The notes under the pieces are model-generated. The model was not told the DNA's origin, did no database searches, and was given only the letters and a program-made list of their open reading frames with translations. Shown here one piece after another: positions 52,148 to 64,000 of a DNA stretch of 64,000 nucleotides (position 1 is the stretch's first letter; each line of letters opens with the position of its first letter). Source of the stretch: Octopus vulgaris (lineage: Eukaryota). The position numbers and the translations under genes are program-made. The stretch covers positions 23,126,001-23,190,000 of the forward strand of contig OX597822.1 of assembly GCA_951406725.2 (NCBI GenBank), in the 5' to 3' direction.

Positions 52148-52799
52148 ATTTAGATGTAAAAAAATTGTTTGGGAGAGAGAAATTTTAGATCAAAATTATT
52201 AATTCCTCAAGAAGTATTACAGAAAATGAGAAAGTAAATGGACAAAAATGCAATTGTGCAAATAGGTAATTTTTAAGCTCCCTACATGACACCACTGTCT
52301 TCTAGAATTAGCATCCTAATCTCTCTCAAATCACAACCATAAAAAAAATATGAAAGAAAAATGGACATATTAGATCCTTGGGTAACTTTAGCAGGGTTTA
52401 TCCTTTTGCAAGCATTAGGGACCAGTTCTCTGATTTGAGAATAATCCCCCTCTATAGCACTAGACTCTGAAGTTTAGGGAATAGGGCATTGCCCTCTTTC
52501 TCTTAAGCAGTAAAGAAAAGAAAAGAAAAAGAGAGAGAGAGAAAACTCTTCAGAAATTGCAGCCTTGTACAAATATTATCAATCAATATTATACTAAATT
52601 ATTATATACATCAGTATTGTATTGAAGAAGAGAGGGATAGAGTGTAGCAGGAATATATTATGTAGGTACGTATATATTATACAGACACACACACACACAT
52701 ATATATGTAGAAAGATAAAGAGTGGAGGGCAAGAAGAAGGAATTTGAGAAATAGTATAAAGGAAAGAAAACAAGTCAATAGGAAGAGACAGAGATATTG

Positions 52800-52830
<31 letters not shown>

Positions 52831-53149
52831 TAAGCTAAGAGAAAGAAAGGAAAAAAACAAGAGGAGGAAATACATGGAAAGACTAACAATTAAAAATAGT
52901 AACAGATTGTAGTGGATGGAACGAAGGTGTTTTGGCTAATATTAACCCCAAAGTGAAACAAGTGAAGTCACTACACACTTGCTAGACCTGTGTGGTTAAG
53001 AAGTTCACTTCCCAACTATATGGTTTCAGGTTCAGTCCCACTGCACAGCACCTTGAGGAAAGTTACTTTTACCATAGCCTCAGGTCACCAAAGACCATTG
53101 TGTGTGCACAAACATACAAACACATATACACACGAACATACACAAGACT

Positions 53150-53422
53150 ACCAGATGTGGTTATAAACCGCAGGCCGAAATTTTTGTCCCTGTATTTTCA
53201 TAGCCTTCAAATGATGGCACCCTGCTAGCTAGACAGGAGGGCCAACACACCTTCTGAACAGTTTACAAGTCCATCTCAAGGTCAGCCATTTACAGCTGAG
53301 TGGACAAGAGCAATGTGAAATGAAGTATTTTGTTCATGAGCATAATACATCACCAGTCCAGGAATTGAAACCACAATCTTGCGATCATGAGTGCGACACC
53401 CTAAACACAAGGCCATGCACCT
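53150..53422 (-). mobile_element. SINE head J + tail Y (diverged)
   Basis: CAGCTGAGTGGAC..GAGCAA..TGAAA J-type core, plus TAGCCTTCAAATGATGGCACCC shared with 49712-49735. Confidence 0.65.
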
Positions 53423-53682
53423 TTAGATATACACATATGTCTGTGTGAGTGTTTGTTTGTTTACATTTTGTTTACATATGAGTGGTGGTGTTGTTGGCAC
53501 TTCTGTCAACAACTCATCCACAGTGGATCTCTTGAAAAGCTGGTAAAAGTTGGTGACAGGAAGAGCACCAAACTGTAAAACTATACTATATTAGACATGC
53601 AAGATTTTCAATTGGAAACCATTTCACCAAACTTTAGAATTGGGGGTGGGGAATAATACAAATGATGTTGCAAATAAAAAGG

Positions 53683-53968
53683 GTAAAGACCGCCTTCAGT
53701 TATGAATGACAATAGGATTGCACCTAGAAAGTTCCCCTCCAAGACACAAGTCTTCCTTCTCCACACCACCAATGTTATCCAAGGGAAAGGCAAAGGCCAA
53801 TAAAGCTTGGCACCAGTAATGCTGCAACTCATTTCTACAGCTGAGTGAACTGGAGCAACGTAAACTAAAGCGTCTTGCTCAAGAACAACACACTTCCCGG
53901 TCTAGGAATCAAACTCACTACTTCATGATTGCGAACCCAACACTCTAACCACTGAGCCACGTGCCTTC
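53683..53968 (-). mobile_element. SINE head J + tail Z
   Basis: Head GGCACGTGGCTCAGTGGTTAG..GAGTTTGATTCC; tail GGATAACA..CTTTCTAGGTGCAATCC shared with 39014-39208. Confidence 0.75.
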
Positions 53969-54306
53969 AATGTTACAAATACAATTTGTTTAATTTGAAG
54001 TGAACCATTTTTACATTAAAATTAATTACAGAGGAATTAAGATATTTATTTAATCTATATTTGAAATTAATTAACACAGGAAAACAAAAGAAACTAAGTA
54101 GTTAATTAAAAAAAGTTTTATTTGGTTTATTTCTTTTTGTTTTTCCAATTAATATTAAGATTTCACAATACATTAAAAACATGCAAGTATTTAATTAAGA
54201 ATAATTCTGCGTCCAACTGGAATGGTCTACAAGATGGTCTGATACTGTGAAATGTATAATAGGCTAAGGTTTTTAAATCTATACTGTATATGTGTGGGTG
54301 TGTATA

Positions 54307-54522
54307 TGAAAGGGTATTGAAAAGTTCCTGGCTTTGGGTAAAAGAAAACAGAGGAGGATCAGTTAATTATGATTTCATTCAACATATTCCCCTCTCAGAC
54401 TCACCCACCTATAGCAGTGGTCCTTCAGTTTTTCTAAGGCCTGTAAAAGAACTTGGAAGGTTTAGCCTCCAACCAGGCCTTTCATGATACCCTTAAAGCC
54501 AAGAACTTTTACACACACCTCA
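54307..54522 (-). mobile_element. Mariner-derived MITE, second copy
   Basis: Inverted homolog of 13257-13476 with TIR GAAAAGTTCCTGGCTTT / AAAGCCAAGAACTTTT. Confidence 0.7.
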
Positions 54523-56329
54523 TCACCAACATCTGAATGTCCTTCCCACCTGCTCCCACCCACTCTGATATAATGCAAGGTAACCATGTATCTTTTCTAT
54601 AGCAACATGCCTGTGTATGCACCAATATCATACTTTAGCCTCTCAACACCCCACATAAAGCTACCTTCCACTCTACTACAGACTCACTCGAGGGAGCTTC
54701 TTCTTTGTCTTCCAAGTTACTTGGCAACCTCACTAGTATAGGTGTCACTAAAAAAGCACCCAGTAAACTCTGTAAAGTGGTTGGTGTTAGGAAGGGCATC
54801 CAACCATAGAAACCATTGGCATGGTTTCTATGGTTGGAGCTCAATAAAGTTCTTCAGCTTGTTGGAGCCTATCAAACTGTCCAACCCATGCCGGCATGGA
54901 AGGATGTTAAATGATGATGATGATGACTCGACTAACCCTTTTGATGCCAATCCACACAAGACTACCTTTCGTTCTCTCTCACACCTATGAGTTAACCAAA
55001 TTTTGGATATTATCCTTATCACATTCTTCTTCATCATCATCATCGTTTAACACCTGCTCTCCATGCTGGCATGGGTTGGATGGTTTGACATGCAGCTGGT
55101 TAGCCAGGAGCTATCCAGACTCCACCTGTCTGTTCTGGCATGATTTCTACAGCCGGATACCCTTTTTAATGCCAACAACTTATGTTAAAGGATTTTCTAA
55201 GCTTTTTTTTTTTACTTTCCCTTAGGAAAAACTAATACTTTTGGTAATTTTGTAATTTTAGGATTGTAGTAAAAATATATAACATCATTGGAATTTTAAA
55301 GGAAAGAGATAATACCTGATTAATTCAAAACAATGTGAATAAATAAGTATTACATTTGACAGAGTAATCTATCAGAGTAATGCTAAAGGGTTAAAGAGAT
55401 TTAAATTAATATTTTCCATTAAAATTTCATGTTTATTTTAATTTCAAACATTAGCTTAATAATGACAGAAGTTATTTTACAATGTACATTCTTCATCACT
55501 TTCATAATTAATTGAAAGAATAAAAAAAGAGTTTATTAAAAAAAAAATGTACCAACTGGTTAATCACCTGACTGGGTAATGAGGGTAATCCTTTCTAATT
55601 CTGGCACAAGGCCAGCAATTTTGAGGGAAGGGGTAAGTTGATTACATCGACCCCAGTACTCAACTGGTATTTATTTTTATCAACCCAGAAAAGATGAAAG
55701 GCAAAGTTGACCTTGGTGGAATTTGAACTCGGAATGTAAAGAACTGGAGGAAATACTGTTACGCATGTTGTTCAACATCCTAATGATTTTCTCAGCTCAC
55801 CACCTTTAACTTTTCAATGGCAAGAAAGAATTGCATGATTGCGTGTGCTAAATGAGAAAAAACCCCAAAATATCTTCATATTAAGCATAATTTTTATATT
55901 TTCACTTTAAGTATAAAAACTACAATAATTGTTAGTCTCTTGTACAATAAAATTTACAATCTCATTTATTGGAAAGTGCCGGCATGAGCTTAAATTCATT
56001 TGAGATTCTCACATTGTTGTTATCAAACAAATGTATAAAAATCGGTGCCCTCTTTCCATCCATCCAGAACTACTCAAGGTATCACTTCCTTCTGTGTTAT
56101 CTAGAACATCATCATCATCATCATCTACCTCATCTGATGATGAAGCAAGTCAGAATATCCTTTATCGTGCTATAAATCTTCCATTTGTAACAATTTGTCT
56201 TGCCAATAAAGGCCACTTACATTTAAACACATTTGACAAAGTACATACCCAGGCATCAGTTGATGATGGCTACATCCATGTAAAATTTTTGAAACATCAA
56301 TTGATGTTCACCATTTAAGGGTTGATGTT

Positions 56330-56622
56330 ACCTCTGGAAACATGGGTGGTTTGTTCAACATCCTTAAACAATCCTTATTCAGGGACCTTTTGAGTGGGAT
56401 GGGTTACTCGACCAGAAGAAAATTCTGACAGGGCCCCACCTGCAAGGTCATGCGCTGTTTATCTTGATATGAGATCACCATGTTGCGCACATATGGTTGT
56501 GATGCATGTGCCTAGTATACCCTTATCAGACGGGTAGTCATGATGGGTATACTGGGCTTCGTATATTTTACCCCAGTGTTACTTTGATGGCATGCACTAC
56601 TCTCTCACTCAATAATAATAAT
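56330..56622 (+). mobile_element. Family E repeat, 5'-truncated
   Basis: Aligns to about 951-1238. Confidence 0.8.
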
Positions 56623-57344
56623 GATAAAGATGAAAATTTTGCTTTCTTTAAATTTACAATTCTTTTTATAAAGTGAATAAACTAAAAATCTATTTCTCAA
56701 CATCAGAAAAATATCAAATTCCAAATAAAATAAAATGTAAAATTTTCTCCCCCAAATTCTTGTACGATATCAAAATTTGCAACACTAGCCAAACCCTGAT
56801 AAACAGATATGAAAATCACCACCACCACCGATACTCGGTTTAATGTTTGTTTTTACAGGCTAGTGGTATGGATTTGATAGGGGTACAGTACAACAACAAA
56901 CAAACAAACAGTTCTTTATTCATCTTCATACTTTGACATTTTGGTTGTGGTTTTATTCTAGGTTTGATCCAACCCAAGTTCTCCCCACATTTTATTTTAT
57001 ATTTTTTTTTCGTTTATGTTATTTTTGACTGCAGCAATTGATGCTTTTCCCCTCCTCATTCATTCCCCCTACCAACACCCCCTGCATGTACCATTCATGC
57101 TATCATAGTCTCTCAATACTATTTTATGAATCAGATTAATGAAAGTGAATAAGTTATAAATGCCAGCATCTTGCCTTCACATCAACATGCATGTGTGAAG
57201 TGAATGCCAGAGTAAGAGACAGGAAGGAAAACCAGGAAATGATGAACCACTATCATTATTATTATTAAGGCAGCAGGCTGGCAGGATCATTATCGCATCA
57301 GACAAAATGCTCAGCGGTATTTCTCCTGGCTCTCTCTCTCTCTC

Positions 57345-57532
57345 TTTATTCTTCTACTTGTTTCAGTCATTTGACTGTGGCCATGCTGGAGCACAACCTT
57401 TAGTCGAGCAAATCACCCCCAGGACTTATTCTTTGTAAGCCCAGTACTTATACTATCGGTCCCTTTTGCCAAACCGTTAAGTTACAGGGACCTAAACACA
57501 CCACCATCGGTTGTCAAGCAATGTTGGAGGTA

Positions 57533-57591
<59 letters not shown>

Positions 57592-57755
57592 TAGGCTTGT
57601 TTCAGTTTCCGTCTACCAAATCCACTCACATGGCTATAGTAGAAGTGAGGCTATACTAGAAGACACTTGCAGAAGGTGTCACGCAGTGGAACTGAACCCG
57701 GAACCATGTGGTTGATAAGCAAGCTACTTACCACACACCCACTCCTATGCCTACA
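57345..57755 (-). mobile_element. SINE family B with long internal (CA)n, nested in an A-like SINE
   Basis: Reverse complement of 40189-40604; A-like halves at 57268-57330 and 57758-57920. Confidence 0.85.
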
Positions 57756-57969
57756 TAGGCTCTTTATATTCTGAATACAAATTCTACTGCGGTTAATAAT
57801 GCTTTTCATCCTTTCAGGGTTGATAAAATAAGTGCCAGTTGAGTACTGGGGTTAATATACTTGCCTAGTCCCCTCCCACAAAATTTTAGGCTTTGTGCAT
57901 CTCAGTAGAAAGGATTGTTGTTATTACTGCTATTGTTGTTGTTGTTGTTATTATTATTATTATTATTAT

Positions 57970-58400
57970 TATTGAGTGAGAGAGAAGTGCATGCCATGAA
58001 AGTGACACTGGGGTAAAATATACGAAGCCCAGTATACCCATCATAACTACCCGTCTGAGAAGGGTACACCAGGCACATGCATCACAACCATTTGTGCGCG
58101 ACATGGTGATCTTATATCAAGATAAACAGCGCATGACCTTGCAGGTGGGGCCTAGTTAGAATTTTCTTCTGGTCGAGTAACCCATCCCACTTAAAAGGTC
58201 CCTGAATAAGGATTGTTTAAGGATGTTGAATGAACCACCCATGTTTCAAAAGGTGAATTATCCAAACCTCTAAGAATTCCTCTCAACACACGGCTATGAT
58301 GCTCCCCCACTACTTCTGCTTGTGATCAGAGATGCACATATAGTCAGCCACTAAGGGACATGGTCAACTGGTTAAGGTCAAACAACTGACAAGCAAATCT
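57970..58400 (-). mobile_element. Family E repeat
   Basis: Reverse complement of about 812-1238. Confidence 0.8.
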
Positions 58401-58768
58401 GCTTACCAACCACATGGTTCCGGGTTCATTTCCACTGCGTGGCACCTTGGGCAAGTGTCTTCTACCATAGCCTCGGGCCGACCAAAGCCTTGTGAGTGGA
58501 TTTGGTAGACAGAAACTGAAAGAAGGCTGTTGTATATGTGTGTGTGTGTGTGTGTATGTGTGTTGTGTGTATCTTTCTTTGCCCCTCCCCCTCAACATCG
58601 CTTGAGAACTGATGGTATGTTTACATCCCTGTAACTTAGCAATTCGGCAAAAGAACCCGATAGAATAAGTACTAGGCTTCCAAAGAATAAGTCCTGGGGT
58701 CAATTTGCTCGACTAAAGGTGGTGCTCCAGCATGGCTGCAGTCAAATGACTGAAACAAGTAAAAAGAG
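58401..58768 (+). mobile_element. SINE family B, 5'-truncated
   Basis: GCTTACCAACCACATGGTTCCGGGTTCA...GACTGAAACAAGTAAAAAGAG. Confidence 0.85.
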
Positions 58769-59189
58769 TATGGCTGTTTGGAACATAAACAAACATAAAA
58801 TTTTAATGGAAAGTTTTAATGTAGATCACTTTAAAAGAAGAAGTGTGTATCATACGACCAGGGGTAGTCTTAGGCAGGTTGGTATGAAAAGGGTTGATAA
58901 GTATTAATTTTGTCCCTGCAATGTTCTGTGTTGAAATCCCAGTGGAATTGATAATGGTATTCATCCATTTGAGACTGGGAAGAGGCAGCAATCTCTTGGG
59001 ATCAAGGCACTGGACAACAATTGTCTTCGCCAAAGTTTGTCTTTTATTGAAACGAGTCAATATTCCAAATACAATTTGAACAATTCCTTTCATTTAATGA
59101 AAGAGATCACACAGATTCTTCAATATTAACACATAAATACTCAGACATTCATTGTTCAATGTCTACATGCATGCTTGATACTACCCCTT

Positions 59190-59195
59190 TCTCTT

Positions 59196-59245
<50 letters not shown>

Positions 59246-59286
59246 TATATACATATATATACACACACACATGTATACATATACAC

Positions 59287-59321
<35 letters not shown>

Positions 59322-59482
59322 AATATATATACATATATTTATGTACACATATATACATATACATATATACACACATATATAAATATACATATATATATAC
59401 ACACACACATACATTGCTCAAACCTTTCTCTCTCTCTCTCATGTGTGTGTATAAATGTAGGTATGGGTATACGCACACATGC

Positions 59483-59514
<32 letters not shown>

Positions 59515-59520
59515 TCACTG
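59190..59520. repeat. Compound (TC)n(TA)n(CA)n microsatellite
   Basis: Direct inspection; source of the YI/HT-rich spurious ORFs. Confidence 0.9.
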
Positions 59521-61840
59521 CTCAACACTGTTTGCAGATATATACGCTCACTACTCAATCTTACCCATATATAAACTGACACTTTTCTATTTCGCTGCCA
59601 CCACCACCACCACCACTACATCACTGCGACTGCTCACTCACACATGCTACATGAGATTTCAGCTTCTGGTAACAATTTCCAGATAAAGCCTTTGGAGCAG
59701 TTTCATGTCAGCCATATTTAATAAACCAAACCTATTACTCCATTATTAAATATATCACCATATACATAGATATATGTATGTACGTAGATATGTAAATAAA
59801 AGCAATTCGATTCATATTCAGTGAAGTCTGCTGTTGTCAACTGAAAGGCAGAAATCTGCTCACTTTCCATTCCTTATCTACCAAACATATTGCTGACATC
59901 AGAATCACACATTCTGTGCATTTTTAAAAGTTAATGTACCTTGTGTGTGTGTGTGTGTGTGTGAAGGAACCTAGCCGGTGAGTACCAAGAAAGGAAGGTA
60001 AGGAGGAAGAACTAGAAATGAAGTTATGAAAAACAGTATAAGCCATTTAGTGGCTCTTGGAAGCATGGACAGGGGTGGACGAGTCTGAGGAAACTGGGAA
60101 ACAACTTCCTACGGCACTAATATCTCTTACCCTTGTTTTAGTCACTGGACAGAGGCCATGCTGGGGCACTGCTTTGACGGGTTTAGCTGAAACAAATCAA
60201 ACTTGATATTTTTTCTTTTAATGTCATGCACTTGGTCTATCATTCTTATTTTCTGAACCACTAAGTAATGGGGATGTAAACAAACCAACACTGGTTGCCA
60301 GGTGGGTAGGGGGGATAAACACAAAGATATGTATATACAAGTGATGTGTGTGTACTCCAGCATGGCCCAGCCTTTGACTGAAACCAGTAAAAGATAAAAT
60401 TTTGCATCCCTCATGGTTAGAATCCAGATGTTTATCAACCTTTTGGTAAGCCACATAGACCTCCAGGGGTCAATATTCCCCACTTTCCCAATCCCTGATC
60501 TGAACAGATGTTATTGTTACGTACTTCATTTGTCCTTTAAGTGCATTTAAAAGTCATTTAATTTCCTAGTAACAGCAGCTAAATCCCCACCCACCCAAAA
60601 AAAAACCCAGAAAAGAAAAGGAAGGACACATTGGATAATGATATCTGAGCATACATTATTCTAGAACAAAAAGACAATAGAGTCATGGCTAGAATGAGTT
60701 TTGATCATTTGTTATATACGCTCTTCTCTCTAAAGGCTAACCTGTGGCTAAACAACAGCCAAAAAAGAAGGGAAAAAATTAGTCACAGCCAAATCTCCAT
60801 ATTGATATTCTTCTTTTTTGTTTTCTCCATGGTTATTATGGTTGGAATGATTTGGAATATTTTGAGAGTACAGAGGGATTGCCTTCTCTTGGGAATGGCA
60901 CATTGTGAAGCCATGCAGATGTCTAAACGCTGAAAAGAAATTCATGTCTGCAAAACACTGGAGAATGCATTCACAAATATCCACCATAAGTTTGGTCCTG
61001 GGAGATGAATTCTTTGATATAGAAGAATATATTCCAAGTTGGAATTAAATTATAAAAAGAAAGTAGGGCAAACATCAAAGCTGAAGAATTCATAGCAGAC
61101 GAGTCCTCTATAGTTGAGATCTATGCACATTTGAGGCACACTGCTTGCCATTAACCTTTTTGCATATTGACCTCACACAAAAATGCCCCTTGTTCTTTAA
61201 ATACAAAACTACTCCTTTTAACGTGTTTATATCCATGGCTGTGTGGTAGGAAGTTTTTTTCCCAACCACATGATTCCAGGTTCAGTCCTACTGTGTGACA
61301 ACTTGGACAAGTGTCTTTTGTAACCTTGGGTCTACCAAAGCCTTTTGAATTATTTCGGTAGATGGAAACTGAAAGATGCCTGCTGTATATATATATGTGT
61401 GTGTGTGCGCACCCCCCAATCACTTGACATCCAGTGTTAGTGTATATAAATATAAACAAACCAACATTTGTTTTTTTCTTATAAGTGTTGAAATGTGGAT
61501 TTTAAGATACAAATAAGATGATAATTTATTTTCAAACACAGAAATGCTGTTAGAACAGCAGAAATATTGGGGTATGTGTTTATGTCCCAGTATCTTAACA
61601 GTCCAGCAGAGATTAATCAAACAAGCACCAGGCTTTTAAAAAACATGAGTATGGGGTCAATTCTTTCAGTTAAAATTCAAGGTGGTGCCCCAGCATGGCC
61701 ACAGTCTAATGACTGAAACAAATAAAAGAAAATTTTTCATTATATAATATTGCTAACACTTTTGTTGCCATATTTCTGTTGCAATAAACTGCCTTTGTTC
61801 CAATTAATCTTGACAATAATGAAGAATTTAGTAACATAAC

Positions 61841-62038
61841 GTAAAGAAATAGGTATTTCATCTGCCGTTACGTTCTGAGTTCAAATTCCGCCGAGGTTGA
61901 CTTTGCCTTTCATCCTTTCGGGGTTGATAAATTTAGTACCAATTATGCACTGGGGTCGAAGTAATCGACTTAACCCCTTTGTCTGTCCTTGTTTGTCCCC
62001 TCTATGTTTAGCCTCTTGTGGGCAATAAAGACATAAGA
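61841..62038 (+). mobile_element. 5'-truncated SINE-A concatemer starting within the previous unit's tail
   Basis: Begins GTAAAGAAATAG|GTATTTCATCTGCCGTTACG and ends GTGGGCAATAAAGACATAAG. Confidence 0.8.
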
Positions 62039-63255
62039 AACTTGCTTCTCAACTACATGGTTCTGGGTTCACTACCACTGTATGGCACCTTGGGCAAGTG
62101 TCTTCTCCTATAGCCTCAACCTGACTAAAACCTTGTGAATGGATTTGGTAAACAGGAGCTGAAAGAATCCTGGTCTATATAGCACTGGTCAGGGTGGAAG
62201 ATTAGTAACCCTTTTGTTGGTGTATTTCTAGTGAAATACACTGCCTTTGTTTAAATTAGTTTTGAAAATAATCAAGTCAGTAAAATAGCTGTCATTTTGA
62301 ACTCATTTTGTTCCATGACTGTTGAAATACATAACATTTATTTCAATTAATGGATCTTTTCAGTTTGCTAACGTTTCTGCCAGCTCGCTGCTGTACCATG
62401 CCACAAAAGACAACTGTCGAACTGTCCAACCCATGCCAGCATGGAAACCGAATGTTAAACGATGATGATGATGACTAATGACTACCTTCAATATCTTTTA
62501 AGTTCTTTTTTCCCCCTTTTGATATAAATCCATCTGGTTCTCGGATACAAACTTCCAGCTTTAAAGAGAACTGAATTAAAATCTTCCATTAAAATTTCAT
62601 GTTATAATATATGTTCCAGCTTAATAACCAGCTTAATAACGACAGACTTATTTCACTAAATTATTCATTATTTTTTAAATTAATTGATTACAAAGCCAAC
62701 TTATCTCAACAGAAGTTTGTTAACAAAAGGGTTAATAAACGACAAATATATCTTACTCAATTATTCAATACTTTGAAAATTAATTGAAACAAAAGCAGTG
62801 CATTTCAATAGAAATACAGTAATTGAAGGGTTAAGATGAACTTTGTCACATCAGATGTTTAAAGAACAAAAGATAAAACAAAAGATATTCTTATTCTGAG
62901 GTTCACGTGACTTCTTGATTGGCAATCAAGTTCTATAAATAGCAAGATAATTATGCATGTTTTCAACTCACACCTTATCAACACAGATGACTTTTCCCCC
63001 AATTAAAAATAAATCTTTTATTGCTATATACATTTGTCACCCTATGTTGTTTATTCTTTTACTTGTTTCAGTCATTTCGACTGCGGTCATGCTGGAGCAT
63101 CACCTTTAGTCGAACAAGCCAACCCCAGCACTTATTTTTTGTAAGCCTAATACTTATTTCTATCAGTCTCTTTTGCTGAACTGCTAAGTTACAGGGATGT
63201 AAATACACCATCATCGGTTGTCAAGCAATGGTGGAGGGACAAACACATACACACA

Positions 63256-63295
<40 letters not shown>

Positions 63296-63356
63296 ATGGG
63301 CTTCTTTCAGTTTCCGTCTATCAAATCCACTCACACACACACAAAACATATATATA

Positions 63357-63588
63357 TATTTCTTTACTGCCCACAAAGGGCTAAACACAGAGGGGACAAA
63401 CAAGGACAGATATAGGTATTAAGTCGATTACATTGACCCAGTGCGTAACTGGTACTTAATTTATCGACCCCGAAAGGATGAAAGGCAAAGTCGACCTTGG
63501 CGGAATTTGAACTCAGAACGTAATGGCAGACGAAATACCGCTAAGCATTTCGCCCAGCACGCTAACGTTTCTGCCAGCTCGCCACCTT
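63357..63588 (-). mobile_element. SINE family A monomer
   Basis: Reverse complement of family A, adjacent to a family-B tail (63055-63335). Confidence 0.85.
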
Positions 63589-63849
63589 AACAAAACATAT
63601 ATATAACATCAAAAAAAGTTCCTCTCCAAGGCAAAGGCTCATAAGGCCAGTTTCCCAGATTCTGTGAAGAATATTGGAAAAGAGCTACCTTTATCATGAT
63701 TATTCATACTGGGTATAAAAATGCCAACCTCATGACTGTTGCTCAATGCTCTATGGATGCTGTAAAAGCTGTAAGACATGACATGGACAGCAGCAAAGAT
63801 GTGAGGGTGAATTCCAGTGTTCTGACTACACCAGCACACTGGAACTTAC

Positions 63850-64000
63850 CCCCACATCGTTGAACGGGGCCTTAAGCTCAATTCAGACAGCTATGTGAAG
63901 CTGCTGGAGACTGTGATCAAACCATGTCTGGAGAGGGTTGCCAGTGGGAGGCCAAATGTGTGGCAGCATGATTCAGTTCCTTGCCATAGCTTCACAAAGA
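63850..64000 (+). pseudogene. Tc1/mariner-superfamily transposase fragment (maT/Tc1-like), running off the window
   Basis: PHIVERGLKLNSDSYVKLLETVIKPCLERVASGRPNVWQHDSVPCHSF resembles the N...Y...L...QQD.AP.H segment of the DDE/D domain. Confidence 0.75.

Noticed and set aside
58803-59093. 96-aa ATG-initiated ORF in unique-looking sequence
   Set aside because: No recognisable domain, and its 3' part runs into a family-F MITE; insufficient support.
59159-59686. ORFs up to 175 aa rich in Y/I/H/T
   Set aside because: Translation of compound dinucleotide microsatellites.
59660-59720. MADMK motif resembling the end of MTSS1 exon 1 (..ISDMK)
   Set aside because: No upstream LGGLFQ motif, no GT donor after K, and the frame stops shortly after.

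Overview
AT-rich, microsatellite- and repeat-saturated animal genomic DNA. The SINE repertoire looks like Octopus/coleoid cephalopod, which is an inference from recalled repeat sequences. The only host coding sequence I can support is one 74-bp exon on the minus strand (29783-29856) encoding TTQIAISAFLDTFQKVADMATGSRG, part of the IMD/I-BAR domain of an MTSS1/MIM homolog. I found no neighbouring exons, so the window is probably two very large introns (>29 kb and >34 kb). The rest consists of several tRNA-derived SINE families (working names A, B, D, I, J), TTAA/piggyBac-type MITEs (F, G), four non-autonomous Helitrons, Merlin-like and hAT-like MITEs with 8-bp TSDs, mariner/Tc1 and RTE-LINE relics, and Penelope-like fragments with minimal hammerhead ribozyme motifs. 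Most notable: a head-to-head double-hammerhead palindrome near the exon, combinatorial head/tail swapping among SINEs, concatemeric SINE-A with a fixed junction, tandem pseudoknot-like cassettes in SINE-D, recurrent insertion hotspots inside MITEs, and a candidate poison or alternative terminal exon. Most ORFs in the supplied track are low-complexity or repeat-derived artefacts. Repeat boundaries are approximate unless a TSD or terminus is quoted.
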